A DNA stretch of 64,000 bases from the NCBI GenBank assembly GCA_000999715.1, contig LCGL01000001.1, positions 3,139 to 67,138 on the forward strand, in the 5' to 3' direction. Of the stretch, positions 9,882 to 20,489 are shown one piece after another. Below the pieces are notes generated by a model, which saw only the letters and a program-made list of their open reading frames with translations, was not told where the DNA came from and ran no database searches. This DNA comes from Candidatus Falkowbacteria bacterium GW2011_GWF2_43_32. GTDB taxonomy: Bacteria > Patescibacteriota > Patescibacteriia > Patescibacteriales > UBA12465. Each line of letters opens with the position of its first letter. Position 1 is the first letter of the stretch. Made by a program: the position numbers and the translations under genes.

Positions 9882-10751
9882 TCACTTGATACGGCCGTAA
9901 TTTGTAAATACCCAATTAACCAATTTCTTGCTCTCCCGAAAGCGCTCGTTCTTGCCGTCCGAATTCAAGATGACGGAAATCACTTCCCGACCGCTCCGAT
10001 CTTTCAAACGACCGACAAAGCAATAACCGGCTTCGTCGGTATAACCGGTCTTGCCGCCCAAGACTTCAAAAGCATTCTGTTCCGTGTCAAATAAAAGATA
10101 ATCGGTGGACACCACTTTTTTTTCCCGGCCTTCCCGAGTCGTAAACTCATAATCGCGTCGCACGGTAGCATGGCTGATGTCGTCCCGGCGAAAAGCGCTT
10201 TGTGCCAATAAGGCCACTTCGCGCGCCGTGGAAACGTTTTGATCGCTCAAACCGATCGGATCGACAAAACGGGTGTTGACCAAACCGAGTCGGACGGCCC
10301 GGTCGTTCATTTGCGCGACGAATTCTTCTTCGCTCAAACCGGTGGCATGAACCAAAGCGGCGGTAGCACCATTATCGGAGGCCACCAGACTGGTATAGAA
10401 CAAATCCCGCACCGTGACATTCTCTCCCAAAAACAGATTCAAACGGCCGCCGGCGACATTATCGGCCGCCGTAATTTCATAATTCGTCTCCCAGCCCGGA
10501 TTATTGTCCAAAAAAACCAGCGCGGTCATCAATTTGGTGATACTGGCGATCGGCTGAACTTCGTCGGCCCGTTTGGTAAACAGAAAAATGCGATCGTCGG
10601 CGGTCAGTACCGCCCCTTTTTCGGCGGTCAATTCCATTACCGGCGCGTTCGGTTTCAAATTGATAAAGATCGCTTCATGATTAACCGTCGCCGTCAGATC
10701 GGCCCGGAGAAAAAACAAAGCCAAGATTAAATTGATAATTCCGGTCAGCAT
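9882..10751 (-). CDS. D-alanyl-D-alanine carboxypeptidase (peptidase S11)
   Basis: SxxK (ASITKLMT), SDN, KTG motifs. Confidence 0.9.
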   Translation of the reverse strand: MLTGIINLILALFFLRADLTATVNHEAIFINLKPNAPVMELTAEKGAVLTADDRIFLFTKRADEVQPIASITKLMTALVFLDNNPGWETNYEITAADNVAGGRLNLFLGENVTVRDLFYTSLVASDNGATAALVHATGLSEEEFVAQMNDRAVRLGLVNTRFVDPIGLSDQNVSTAREVALLAQSAFRRDDISHATVRRDYEFTTREGREKKVVSTDYLLFDTEQNAFEVLGGKTGYTDEAGYCFVGRLKDRSGREVISVILNSDGKNERFRESKKLVNWVFTNYGRIK

Positions 10752-10767
10752 GATTTTTGATGATTAA

Positions 10768-11316
10768 TTATTCGGCCGCTTCACCGCCGGCCAAAACGGA
10801 AGCGATCGTTTCCGTTTTATTGAGCCGCTCATAATCCGGCAATCCGGCCAGACTGTTCAAACCCAGGAAACGGATAAAATCATGGGTAACCGTATAAAAA
10901 TATTCGCCCTTTTGCTTATCAAATTTTTCCTCGATCAAACCGCGCAACAACAAATTGCGGATAATCAAACTGCAATTGACGCCGCGGATTCTGTCCAACT
11001 CCAATTTGGCGATCGGACCGCGATAAGCGATAATGGTCAACGCTTCCAGGCTCGGTTGGGACAACTCGCCGCTCATTTCGCTCTGCAAAACTTTCTGCAC
11101 CAAAGCGGCATTGGCGGCGGCGGTGGTGATTTGATAGCGACCATTGTTGTCGATCAAAGCCAGGCCGCGATCGCCGTTCTGATAGTCGTCGGCCAATTCC
11201 TGCAAAGCTTTTTCCGCGTCCGAAACTTTGGCGCCCGTCGACGCCGCCAGTTCTTTCGCTCCCAGGGGCTTCAAAGAAACGAACAACAATGATTCTAATT
11301 GCGATTTTAGGGACAT
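10768..11316 (-). CDS. scpB: SMC-Scp complex subunit ScpB
   Basis: LESLLFVS, LSQPSLEALTIIAY, IRGVNC. Confidence 0.9.
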   Translation of the reverse strand: MSLKSQLESLLFVSLKPLGAKELAASTGAKVSDAEKALQELADDYQNGDRGLALIDNNGRYQITTAAANAALVQKVLQSEMSGELSQPSLEALTIIAYRGPIAKLELDRIRGVNCSLIIRNLLLRGLIEEKFDKQKGEYFYTVTHDFIRFLGLNSLAGLPDYERLNKTETIASVLAGGEAAE

Positions 11317-11332
11317 ATGATTGAAAAATATT

Positions 11333-12070
11333 TTATTCCGTCGTGCGACCGCTGATCATAATTTCGCTGAACAGCTCACCCTGTTCAAACACCAATTCTT
11401 TTTGCTTCGCCAACTCCAGTACCGCCAAAAAACTGACGATCACTTCGGTTTTGGTGGTGGCGGCGGCCAACAATTTGGAAAAACTGATCTTGATTTTATC
11501 CACCAGCATTTTTTTGATCGATAAAATTTTGTCTTCAATGTTTATTTTCGGCTCCAAAGTTCTTTCCGCCAATTTCTCTTCCCTGGCCGCCTCCAATTGT
11601 CTGTCCAAATCCGCCAAAATTTTTAAAAACTGATTATGCAAGGCTGTCGCTTCCAATCCGCTCGGCGGCGAAAATAGTGGCAAATTGAATTGCTGACGGC
11701 GATTTCTGGCCAAAGGCGGCAGGTAGAGCCAATTCCGGGCGGCGATGATGTCTTTCACTTTTCGGCTGGCATCCACGAATTCTTTATACATCCGCAATTG
11801 CCGTTCCAAATCGTTGATCTCTTCGTCCTCCTCCGGCGAAGACAGATACGGCAAAAGCGCCTTGGATTTGATAAATAACAATTTGGCGGCGATGACCAAA
11901 AAATCAGCCAGCTCTTCCGGATTGATATCCCGGGCGCCGCGAATATAATTGACGTATTCGTCGGCAATCTTGGCCAAAGAAATTTCCGTAATGTCCATCT
12001 CTTCGCTTTCAATCAGCGTCAGGAGCAAGCCGAGCGGACCGGAAAATTTTTCTGTCGTGAAATCCATCAT
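11333..12070 (-). CDS. scpA: Segregation/condensation protein ScpA
   Basis: FSGPLGLLL, FLVIAAKLLFIKSKALLP, FLAVLEL; exact start among adjacent Met codons uncertain. Confidence 0.9.
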   Translation of the reverse strand: MMDFTTEKFSGPLGLLLTLIESEEMDITEISLAKIADEYVNYIRGARDINPEELADFLVIAAKLLFIKSKALLPYLSSPEEDEEINDLERQLRMYKEFVDASRKVKDIIAARNWLYLPPLARNRRQQFNLPLFSPPSGLEATALHNQFLKILADLDRQLEAAREEKLAERTLEPKINIEDKILSIKKMLVDKIKISFSKLLAAATTKTEVIVSFLAVLELAKQKELVFEQGELFSEIMISGRTTE

Positions 12071-12082
12071 AATCAAACGACG

Positions 12083-13084
12083 TTAATCGAGCAATTTGGG
12101 CGCGGCATAAAGAGTGCCTTTCAAACATTGGTAGCCGGCTTTATGATTTTTGTTATTGTCGGGATAATAAACCGTCCGGGCCCCGGAGCCGTTGTCGGCC
12201 GCGGCGCTGTCCAATCTGAACACGGCGCAAAACTCAAAATCTTCGTCGCTCAAACGATTATAAACGATGGCCGCTTTGGTGTCCGGATCAATCAGCGCGG
12301 CCGCGTCCAAATAAACGTTCGGATCGTTGGCCAATTCCGTCAAATTGTCCGGCAGTTGTTTGTGCCGATCGTAATAAGTGTTGACGGCGCTTTCCAGACT
12401 ATAAATATTATTGGTCAAAGCTTGATCCAAAAGACGGGCGCGGGCCGCCTGCGGCGCTTCCACAAAAAACCAGGAAGCCGTGAAAGCGGCTACGACCACG
12501 GCCAAGGAAGCGAAGAAAAAAATCTTCACGACCGGATCCTTCTTGTCCGCTTCTTCCCGCTTGATGTCGTAAAAATAAAAATAAAAAACCGCGGCGGAAA
12601 TAACAAAAACCGTCGCCGCCTTGAGAATAAAGCGGGCCGTCAATTCTCCGTCCAAGAAAGCGTTGATGACGCTGATTAAAACTCCCAACACCACCAAGGA
12701 AGAAACGAATAAAATCAAATAAGTCAACCAGCGTCGAATGGCGGAATCTTTATCCAGTTCTCCGGAACGACGGCCTTGATTGATCAAACCGGAAATCAGA
12801 TAAAAAATCGGCGCGGCAATCAATAAGGCGGAGATGGCGAATTTCAATTGCGAATCGTGACCGATAAAATTATTCAACACGTCGGCGACCGTCTTATCGA
12901 TGATGCTGAAAGCGATCATGCCGACGGACAGGGCCGTAAAAACCAGAGCGACAAGCGACAGCAGATAATAAAAAGCGTACTTGGCGTTGTGTTTGTTGGA
13001 CATATTGTTGTTTCCGTCCCGGAGCGCCAAGACAATGAAAATTATCAAGAGCACGATTCCGGGTAAAATTAAAAAACTCATCAT
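12083..13084 (-). CDS. Multi-pass membrane protein (DUF5671-like)
   Basis: Several TM helices, AIRRWLTYLILF motif, soluble C-terminal domain; true start may be MSNKH at 13003. Confidence 0.6.
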   Translation of the reverse strand: MMSFLILPGIVLLIIFIVLALRDGNNNMSNKHNAKYAFYYLLSLVALVFTALSVGMIAFSIIDKTVADVLNNFIGHDSQLKFAISALLIAAPIFYLISGLINQGRRSGELDKDSAIRRWLTYLILFVSSLVVLGVLISVINAFLDGELTARFILKAATVFVISAAVFYFYFYDIKREEADKKDPVVKIFFFASLAVVVAAFTASWFFVEAPQAARARLLDQALTNNIYSLESAVNTYYDRHKQLPDNLTELANDPNVYLDAAALIDPDTKAAIVYNRLSDEDFEFCAVFRLDSAAADNGSGARTVYYPDNNKNHKAGYQCLKGTLYAAPKLLD

Positions 13085-13105
13085 AAAATAATAAAAATTC
13101 CACTT

Positions 13106-14497
13106 TTAAAACTCCGCGTTCTTCGGCGTGCGCGGAAACGGAATGACATCGCGGATATTGGCCATGCCGGACAAGTACATAATCAATCTTTCAAAACCCA
13201 AACCGAAGCCGGCATGTTTGACCGAACCGTATTTGCGCAAATCCAAATACCAGGCGTAGTCTTCTTTTTTCAAGCCCATCTCCTCCAGCCGTTTTTCCAG
13301 TTTTTCCAAACGCTCTTCCCGCTGACTGCCGCCGATGATTTCCCCGATGCCCGGCGCCAGCAAATCCATGGCCGCCACCGTTTTTCCGTCTTCGTTCAAG
13401 CGCATATAAAACGCCTTGATATCCTTGGGATAATCACTGACAAAAACCGGCTTCTTATAAACCTTATCGGTCAAATAACGCTCGTGTTCGGTTTGCAAGT
13501 CAATTCCCCATTTGACCGGATAAACGAATTTTTCGCCGGATTTTTCCAAAATTTCAATCGCTTCGGTATAGGTGATACGCCCGAAAGAAGAATTCAAAAT
13601 ATTATCCCAGCGCGTCGCGATACCCGGCTCGATGAATTTGTTGAAAAATTCCATTTCTTCCGGCAATTCTTTCAGAATATAGGCGACCAGATATTTCAGC
13701 ATTTTTTCCGCCAAAGCCATGTCGTCGTTCAAATCCGCAAAAGCCATTTCCGGCTCCATCATCCAAAATTCCGACGCATGACGCGTCGTATTGGAATTCT
13801 CGGCGCGAAAAGTCGGACCGAAAGTATAAACTTTATTCAAACCCATGATCAAAGCTTCGGCGTTAAGCTGACCGCTGACGGTCAAGCCCGCTTTCCGGCC
13901 GAAAAAATCGGCGGCGTAATCGATTTCGCCCTTGGCGTCGCGCGACGGATTTTTTAAATCCAAAGTCGTGACCTGAAACATTTCCCCCGCACCTTCGCAA
14001 TCGCTGGTGGAAATAATCGGCGTCTGGATATAAGAAAATCCTTCTTCTTGAAAAAATTTATGAATGGCAAAAGACAAAACCGAACGCAAACGGAAAACCG
14101 CGGAAAAAGTATTACTGCGACCGCGCAGATGAGCGATGGTGCGCAGAAATTCAAAGCTATGCTTTTTTTTCTGCAAAGGATAATCGGCCGGCGCTTCGTT
14201 CAAAATCGTAATTTGCTTGGCTTTCAATTCAAAGGCCTGACCGGCGGCCGGCGAAGCCACCAATTCCCCGCTCACCGTTAACGACGAGCCGACGCCGATT
14301 TTTTCCGCCGCGGCAAAATTAGCCAAGTCCGTGCCGAAAACTATCTGCAAGCCTTTAAAAAAAGAACCGTCGTTTAATTCAATGAAGCCGAAATCTTTGG
14401 AAGCGCGGGCCGTTCGCACCCAGCCGGCCACGGCGATTTCTTTATTCAAAAAAGCGGCGGTGTCTTGATATAATGATTTGATTAAAATAGAAGACAT
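13106..14497 (-). CDS. asnS: Asparagine--tRNA ligase
   Basis: [40 protein letters not shown]; start placed at MSSILIK. Confidence 0.95.
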   Translation of the reverse strand: MSSILIKSLYQDTAAFLNKEIAVAGWVRTARASKDFGFIELNDGSFFKGLQIVFGTDLANFAAAEKIGVGSSLTVSGELVASPAAGQAFELKAKQITILNEAPADYPLQKKKHSFEFLRTIAHLRGRSNTFSAVFRLRSVLSFAIHKFFQEEGFSYIQTPIISTSDCEGAGEMFQVTTLDLKNPSRDAKGEIDYAADFFGRKAGLTVSGQLNAEALIMGLNKVYTFGPTFRAENSNTTRHASEFWMMEPEMAFADLNDDMALAEKMLKYLVAYILKELPEEMEFFNKFIEPGIATRWDNILNSSFGRITYTEAIEILEKSGEKFVYPVKWGIDLQTEHERYLTDKVYKKPVFVSDYPKDIKAFYMRLNEDGKTVAAMDLLAPGIGEIIGGSQREERLEKLEKRLEEMGLKKEDYAWYLDLRKYGSVKHAGFGLGFERLIMYLSGMANIRDVIPFPRTPKNAEF

Positions 14498-14557
14498 AAT
14501 TTTTTTTAATTCTAAAAACCGATTGACGAATTTACCGACTACCGCCACCCGACCGAT

Positions 14558-15865
14558 TTAGGGGGTGAGCCTCTTCACGTCGCGCGGCAAGAAACAGGCC
14601 TCTTTGACGCTGTTCAGACCCAACATTTTCATGATAATCCGACCCGGCCCCATGCCGATACCGCTATGTTCCGGACAACCGTAACGGAAAAAATTCAAAT
14701 AATCTTTCAGCTCCTCCAAATTCATGCCTTTGTCCACGGCTTGTTTTTCCAACACTTCTATTCGATGTTCGCGTTCCGATCCGGTGGTTATTTCCAAACC
14801 GCGATAAAGCAAATCGAAACTTTTGGTCAAACCCGGATTGTCCTCGTGACGTCGATGATAAAAAGGTCGCGCCGCAATCGGATAATCGGTGACAAAAACA
14901 AAATCATGACCGGTTTCTTTTTTGATGATCGCGCCCAATTCTTTTTCTTCTTCCGTGGAAAAATCCCAATCTTTCTCGCCCTTGATTCCGGCCGCCCGTA
15001 ATTTTTCTTTCGCCTCGGCCAAAGTGATTTTCGGAAACGGCTTGGCCGGCACAGTTATTTCAAATTGCGATCCCAAGGCTTCCCGAACTTTTTCAAAACC
15101 GGAAATCAACAAATCTTCTTGCATGGACATAATATCCAAATAAGAAGCGTAGGAAACTTCCATGTCCCAGCCGGTAAACTCCGTCACGTGTCGGGTGGTA
15201 AAAGACAGCTCGGCGCGGAAAACCGTGCCGACCATGAAAACTTTCTCCAAACCGGAGGCCATGGCCATCTGTTTATAAAATTGCGGCGACTGCGCCAGAT
15301 AAGCGGAGCGATCAAAATATTTCACGGCAAAAACTTCCGCACCGCTTTCCGAAGCGGTACTCATCAAACAAGGCGTATAAATCTGAATAAAATTATTTTT
15401 TAACCAATATTCCCGACAGCCCTCTTCCAATTTCGTCCACACTTTAAAAATCAACTGATGCTCCGCCGGCCGCAAATCCAGCCAACGCCAATCCAAGCGA
15501 TTTTCTAAATTGGCTTCATTATCGGCTTTGGTGAGCACGGGAATGGGCAAATTTTCCTTAGCCAAAGAAATCAAACGCGCGTCCGTGGCGGCCAATTCAA
15601 AATCCTTGATCGGATTGGGGTCGTTTTTTTTGGTCGGCTTGGCTTGCAAATTGCCGGTCACCTCCACGACGCTTTCCAGAGTCAATTTTTCCGCCAATTC
15701 ATAGCCGCCTTGGCCGGCCGCGAAAACAATCTGCATCGTTCCCGAAATATCCGTCAAATCCACGAAAACCAAACCTTTGTGTGCCCGTAAATTACGCACC
15801 CAACCGGAAACGGTCACTTCCCCGGTCTCCTGTTTTTTCGCGTCTGTGATTAAAATTCTTGACAT
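14558..15865 (-). CDS. aspS: Aspartate--tRNA ligase, short archaeal-type
   Basis: YLAQSPQFYKQM, VFRAE, SFDLLYRGLEITTG, FLPRD; 435 aa without the bacterial GAD insertion. Confidence 0.9.
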   Translation of the reverse strand: MSRILITDAKKQETGEVTVSGWVRNLRAHKGLVFVDLTDISGTMQIVFAAGQGGYELAEKLTLESVVEVTGNLQAKPTKKNDPNPIKDFELAATDARLISLAKENLPIPVLTKADNEANLENRLDWRWLDLRPAEHQLIFKVWTKLEEGCREYWLKNNFIQIYTPCLMSTASESGAEVFAVKYFDRSAYLAQSPQFYKQMAMASGLEKVFMVGTVFRAELSFTTRHVTEFTGWDMEVSYASYLDIMSMQEDLLISGFEKVREALGSQFEITVPAKPFPKITLAEAKEKLRAAGIKGEKDWDFSTEEEKELGAIIKKETGHDFVFVTDYPIAARPFYHRRHEDNPGLTKSFDLLYRGLEITTGSEREHRIEVLEKQAVDKGMNLEELKDYLNFFRYGCPEHSGIGMGPGRIIMKMLGLNSVKEACFLPRDVKRLTP

Positions 15866-15933
15866 ATAACGAAATTAATTCCGGCTCATCGAGAACCTGA
15901 ATTTATTAAGAAATAGCTTATTTATCTGTTTAA

Positions 15934-15962
15934 ATTTTACCTGATTTTGGGGATTTTAGCAA
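15934..15962 (-). promoter_or_regulatory. Putative sigma70 promoter for aspS-asnS
   Basis: TTGCTA-17 bp-TAAAAT on the minus strand. Confidence 0.45.
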
Positions 15963-15976
15963 GCGGGCAAAACAAC

Positions 15977-16003
15977 AAAAAAGGTCTGATCTTGACCTTT
16001 TTT
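15977..16003. terminator. Intrinsic terminator downstream of recO
   Basis: AAAAAAGGTC-tgatctt-GACCTTTTTT. Confidence 0.6.
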
Positions 16004-16090
16004 CGTTTCGCGATACCGGACCGAAATATTTGACAATATCGGTATTTCTTGATTGTCGAATTTGAGATATAGCTCAAAAAGCGCTATTTC

Positions 16091-16861
16091 CTAAATATAA
16101 TTCAAAAAACAATCAATGATTTTTTTAGCTTCCTTGATCAAAGCGGGATTGGCTTTGATTTTCAGCTCTTGGCTGTCTAAGAGATAACGAATTAATTTAA
16201 CACAATTATCGGAAATAATCAATAAATCGGTCGACAAAACCTCTTCTTCGGTTTTCTTTTGTTCCCGACAAGTATCGCAAACCAAACCGCCGCCCTTAAG
16301 ATCGAAAAAATTCCGACCGGCGACTATCGGCCGTCCGCAAACCAGACAAGTTCTCATCTCCGGCACATAACCCAGCTCCGCCAAGAGCTTTAAAGCGAAA
16401 AAACTATAAAATAATTCCCCGTCGCCTTGGCTCAATCCCTGGGCCGAAGACTCTTTCGTCTGAGAATGCCGTTTTTCTTGAAAATCATTCAAAACGTCCA
16501 ACCAATCGCGCAATAAAAAAAACAGACGCTCGTCCGGATGACCTTCTTTGACAAATCGGCTGAAAAGATTGAGCGCCCGACCGGCGTAATATAATTTATT
16601 CAAATCGTTTCTGATGCCCGCATAAGCAGCTCGCGTCACGACACTGCCGGCATAATCAAAAGTTTTACCCGGGATAATTAAAAAATCCGCCCAGGTCAGC
16701 GGTTCAATGTGGCCGGCTAATTTGGATTGCAATTTTTTTACGCCGCGAACCACGAGCGACAAACGCCCGTAATCGCGGGTATAAACCGTCACCAAAGCGT
16801 CATATTCGCGATATGGCTGACGATTTAAAATTATGGCCGGCGTATTTTTGGTTGCGTCCAT
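16091..16861 (-). CDS. recO: DNA repair protein RecO
   Basis: N-terminal OB fold (YREYDALVTVYTRDYGRL), CLVCG...GGLVCDTC zinc finger. Confidence 0.9.
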   Translation of the reverse strand: MDATKNTPAIILNRQPYREYDALVTVYTRDYGRLSLVVRGVKKLQSKLAGHIEPLTWADFLIIPGKTFDYAGSVVTRAAYAGIRNDLNKLYYAGRALNLFSRFVKEGHPDERLFFLLRDWLDVLNDFQEKRHSQTKESSAQGLSQGDGELFYSFFALKLLAELGYVPEMRTCLVCGRPIVAGRNFFDLKGGGLVCDTCREQKKTEEEVLSTDLLIISDNCVKLIRYLLDSQELKIKANPALIKEAKKIIDCFLNYI

Positions 16862-16869
16862 AGATTAAA

Positions 16870-16996
16870 CTTTCAGATAATGCTTTCGAGGAGCGAATAT
16901 TTTTTCGTAAAGAAAAATTTAGCTAGCCGCCGGCAGGCGGATGGATAAATTTTTCCACAGAAAAAATCCTGAGCGGAGGAAAGCATTATCCGGAAG
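16870..16996 (+). repeat. Structured intergenic element, copy A (divergent)
   Basis: 18-bp outer stem, GAGGAGCGA, ATTTTTTC/GAAAAAAT stem, GAAAAATTTA/TAAATTTTTC stem, CACA, GAGCGGAG. Confidence 0.75.
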
Positions 16997-17034
16997 CTTA
17001 AAACTTTTCTTTTAATTTCGAATTATAAAACAAA

Positions 17035-17418
17035 TCAATTTCTGTCCAAATAATCCTGCAAAATAAGCGTGGCGGCGATTTCATCGCGCTCCGCTTTTTC
17101 CGTTCCCTGCCCGTCCAAAGAATCGGCCGCCAAACTGCTCAAGCGTTCGTCAACCAACTCCACCAATCGACCGCTCCGCTCTTTCAATTGCTCCAAGAAA
17201 CTGAGCCAAAGCGGATTGTCGGCCGCCTCGCCGCTCATTTTAGTCGGAGCGCCCAAAACCACGATATCGGTTTTTTCTTCTTTCATTACTTTTAAAACAT
17301 CCGCCAAAGTTTCCACCGTCTCCAAAGGCAAAGCCAAATTGGTTTCGCCGTCAGCGGTCGCCAAACCGATTCTTTTTTCCCCCCAATCGATACCCAAGTA
17401 TTTTTTAGTATTTTCCAT
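17035..17418 (-). CDS. ruvX: YqgF/RuvX pre-16S rRNA processing nuclease
   Basis: YLGIDWGEKRIGLA, VDERLSS, DEIAATLILQDYL. Confidence 0.9.
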   Translation of the reverse strand: MENTKKYLGIDWGEKRIGLATADGETNLALPLETVETLADVLKVMKEEKTDIVVLGAPTKMSGEAADNPLWLSFLEQLKERSGRLVELVDERLSSLAADSLDGQGTEKAERDEIAATLILQDYLDRN

Positions 17419-17439
17419 ATAAATTATAATCCATTCTAG

Positions 17440-17569
17440 ATTTGCAAATCAAAATTATGTTTTAAGGAGCGATTGTTCTTTTCGTAGAGCAACCTTTATT
17501 CACCAACCGGCGAATAAAGTTTGCCACAGAAAAGAACTAGCGGGAAAAACATGATTTTGATTTGCAAAT
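17440..17569 (+). repeat. Structured intergenic element, copy B
   Basis: 24-bp outer stem; 28-nt and 33-nt blocks identical to copy C. Confidence 0.85.
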
Positions 17570-17586
17570 TTATTAACTTGATTAGA

Positions 17587-18417
17587 TTATTCAGTCAAAA
17601 TTTCGACTCCCTTGTCCGTCACCGCCACAGTATGTTCAAAATGCGCGCTTAAAGAGCCGTCGGCGGTCAAAATCGTATAACCGTTATCGGCCGTGACGAC
17701 GCGCCAATCGCCGATATTGATCATCGGTTCAATGGCGATAACCATACCCGATTTCAAAACAATGTTCTCCGGCGCTTTGTCGTTAATAGCGAAATTAAAG
17801 ACGTCCGGCGCTTCATGGGCAAAATAGCCGACGCCGTGTCCGACCAAGTCGCGCACCACGCCATAGCCATGCTTTTCGGCCTGTTGTTGGACGGTGCGGC
17901 CGATATCGTTAAGCCGCGCGCCCGGCCGAACGGCTTTAATCGCCAAGGCCAAACACTCGCGGGAAACGCTCAACAATTTTTTGGCTTCGACGCTGATTTT
18001 TCCCGCCGGGACGGTCACGCAAGTGTCGGTAAAAAAGCCGCCGAATTTAGAATGCGGATTAACGGGCGCCTGATATTCGGCTCTCAGCTCCGCGGTTATC
18101 GGCCACTCCATGCCGATATCCAAGTCAACAATATCGCCGGACTGAATCACGCGATTCGGCCAGGCCGCCCCGTGCACGACCTCGTTATTGATGGACACGC
18201 ATAAAGTGGACGGAAAAAACAAACCGCCCCCCAAAGGATAGTTTTTAAACGCCGAATGACCGCCGGTTTCCGTAATTAATTTATTGGCCAAGTCTTCCAA
18301 ATAAGCGGTTTCCACTCCGGGCCGCACTTCCGCGGCCAAACGCGCTAAAATGGCGGCCAAACGCCGGCCGCCCTCTTTGATAATCTTGATTTCCGCCGCT
18401 GTTTTAAGATAAATCAT
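17587..18417 (-). CDS. map: Methionine aminopeptidase type I
   Basis: SINNEVVHG, DLDIG, GHGVG, AIEPM, SAHFEHTV. Confidence 0.95.
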   Translation of the reverse strand: MIYLKTAAEIKIIKEGGRRLAAILARLAAEVRPGVETAYLEDLANKLITETGGHSAFKNYPLGGGLFFPSTLCVSINNEVVHGAAWPNRVIQSGDIVDLDIGMEWPITAELRAEYQAPVNPHSKFGGFFTDTCVTVPAGKISVEAKKLLSVSRECLALAIKAVRPGARLNDIGRTVQQQAEKHGYGVVRDLVGHGVGYFAHEAPDVFNFAINDKAPENIVLKSGMVIAIEPMINIGDWRVVTADNGYTILTADGSLSAHFEHTVAVTDKGVEILTE

Positions 18418-18420
18418 AAA

Positions 18421-18780
18421 TTAGAGAATACGTCGCAAACCGCCGATCAAACCGGATTTTGCGCCGCTCCCGGAACCGCCGGTTTTGGCTTTATTGCTCG
18501 GTCCATTTTGCATTTCGCTGAAAGCTTTTTTTTGCAATTCCCGCGCCGTCGCGCTGGAGCCCAGGCGGGACATTTTATTATATTTTTGTTCCGCTCGCAA
18601 CAAACCTCTTTGTCCGTAAGCTTGCCCGCCGGCACTTGATCCCGCCAACCCGGTGAACTCCGCCTCCGTTTGAATTTTCAAACCGGCCCAATCCAACTGA
18701 TTGTTGGGATCGCGATTGATTCTTCCCGGCCGCGACACGGCTTTTTTGCCGCGAACGGCAAATAAATTCATATTACCCAT
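18421..18780 (-). CDS. Hypothetical protein (basic, Gly/Ser-rich)
   Basis: Abuts map and the upstream ORF on the same strand. Confidence 0.55.
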   Translation of the reverse strand: MGNMNLFAVRGKKAVSRPGRINRDPNNQLDWAGLKIQTEAEFTGLAGSSAGGQAYGQRGLLRAEQKYNKMSRLGSSATARELQKKAFSEMQNGPSNKAKTGGSGSGAKSGLIGGLRRIL

Positions 18781-18781
18781 A

Positions 18782-19081
18782 TTATTTGGTTTTAAAACTT
18801 TCTAACAAATCCCTGATCTGCTCCAAATCTTGATAAGTCAATTTTAATTTCAAGCGATTTTGGTACAAACGATACATGTCTTCTCTGACGGTAAATCGTG
18901 ACGGCGTAATTCCGTCGCGCAATTTTTCCTGATATTTTTTAAGCAAATCCAAAATCAAACCGCGATTGGCCTCGTCCAGGTTTTTATAACGCGGATTAGT
19001 CCGCAACATTTTTTGGAATCGCTGTTCCAAACGATAAATGGTTTGATCGGCCAATCCCTTGGCCACGCCGGTTAAATCCAT
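18782..19081 (-). CDS. Hypothetical protein (helical)
   Basis: 99-aa ORF with TGaTATAAT upstream (19118-19126). Confidence 0.65.
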   Translation of the reverse strand: MDLTGVAKGLADQTIYRLEQRFQKMLRTNPRYKNLDEANRGLILDLLKKYQEKLRDGITPSRFTVREDMYRLYQNRLKLKLTYQDLEQIRDLLESFKTK

Positions 19082-19127
19082 AGTAATCTCGATTAATAAA
19101 TTTCAAAAGATATATTTATTATATCAT

Positions 19128-19159
19128 AAAAAATAACGGCCAACCAGCCGCTATTTTTT
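19128..19159. terminator. Intrinsic terminator after secY
   Basis: AAAAAATAaCGGC-caacca-GCCGcTATTTTTT. Confidence 0.6.
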
Positions 19160-19187
19160 ATTTTATATTAAACAAAATATATCAAAA

Positions 19188-20459
19188 TTAGAGTCCGTCA
19201 TACTCCCGCATGGTCAATTGGGATTCAATCTGCTTGACGGTTTCAATCACTACTGAAACGACAATCAACAAGCTCGTGCCGCCGATGGACAAAGCCTGAA
19301 TGCCGGTAAAATAACGCATCACCAGCGGTAAAACGGCAATCAAGCCCAAAAATAAAGCGCCGACCAAAATGATTTTATGAGTAGTCCCGGACAAATATTC
19401 TTCGGTATTCTTGCCCGGTCGGATACCGGGAATAAACCCACCTTGCTTCTGTAAATTCTCGGCGATTTGTTTGGGATGAAAAACGACTTCGGTATAAAAA
19501 TAAGTGAAAGCGAACACCATCAAAAAGTAAATGATGCCGTAAAATAATTGATTGTTGAATAACTCTATCGTTCCGGCCGCAGCCCGGGCAATCCAGGCTG
19601 TCTTCGCGTGAATGAAAAACTGCGCAATCATGGACGGAAACAACACCACGGAAATGGCGAAGATAATCGGAATAACGCCGGCCATATTGACGCGCAAAGG
19701 CAAATGCGAACTGGTGCCGCCATAAGCGCGGTTACCGCGAATCTGCCGCGCGTATTGCACCGGCACGTTACGTTGACCTTCATTAATAATAACGACGCCG
19801 ACTACCGTAATAATGGCGATAACGACGAAACCGATCAAAGTGAACAGTTGCGCCTGATCAAAAGTGATAATCAATTGTCGGAGAATCTGCGGCAAGCTGG
19901 CGACGATACCGGCGAAGATGAGCAAAGAAATACCGTTACCGATTTTCTTTTCGGAAATCAATTCTCCGATCCACATCAAGAAAATCGAACCGGCGGTAAT
20001 GGTCATGATCATAATGCCGAAATCCAACGGCGTAATCGTGCCCAAAATGGCGGCCGAACTGCGACGCAACAAGGTAATCATGCCGTAAGCCTGCAAAGCG
20101 CCCAACGGTACGGTCAACCAACGCGTCCACATATTGATTTTCTGTTGTCCGGCCTCCTCTTTCTGCATCTCTTCAACGGACGGAACAATCATGCCTAACA
20201 ATTGAAAAATAATGGATGAAGTGATATAAGGAGCGACGCCCATCATCACGATGGAAAAATTCTCCATGCCGCCGCCGGAAAACAAATTCATCAAACCTAA
20301 AATCTGATTGGAGGCGAACAAATTTTTTAAGGCCACATAGTTTACGCCGGGAATCGGAATATGAGCCGCCAAACGAAAAATAACCAGCATCGTCAAAACG
20401 AACAGAATGCTGTTCCGCAGATCCTTAGCCTTCCAGATTTGCGTTAGTTTATCAAACAT
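19188..20459 (-). CDS. secY: Preprotein translocase subunit SecY
   Basis: GVAPYITSSII, IGNGISLLIFAGI, GGFIPGIRPG, GGTSLLIVV. Confidence 0.97.
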   Translation of the reverse strand: MFDKLTQIWKAKDLRNSILFVLTMLVIFRLAAHIPIPGVNYVALKNLFASNQILGLMNLFSGGGMENFSIVMMGVAPYITSSIIFQLLGMIVPSVEEMQKEEAGQQKINMWTRWLTVPLGALQAYGMITLLRRSSAAILGTITPLDFGIMIMTITAGSIFLMWIGELISEKKIGNGISLLIFAGIVASLPQILRQLIITFDQAQLFTLIGFVVIAIITVVGVVIINEGQRNVPVQYARQIRGNRAYGGTSSHLPLRVNMAGVIPIIFAISVVLFPSMIAQFFIHAKTAWIARAAAGTIELFNNQLFYGIIYFLMVFAFTYFYTEVVFHPKQIAENLQKQGGFIPGIRPGKNTEEYLSGTTHKIILVGALFLGLIAVLPLVMRYFTGIQALSIGGTSLLIVVSVVIETVKQIESQLTMREYDGL

Positions 20460-20489
20460 AAATGATTAAAGCTAAAAATTAACCGAGGT

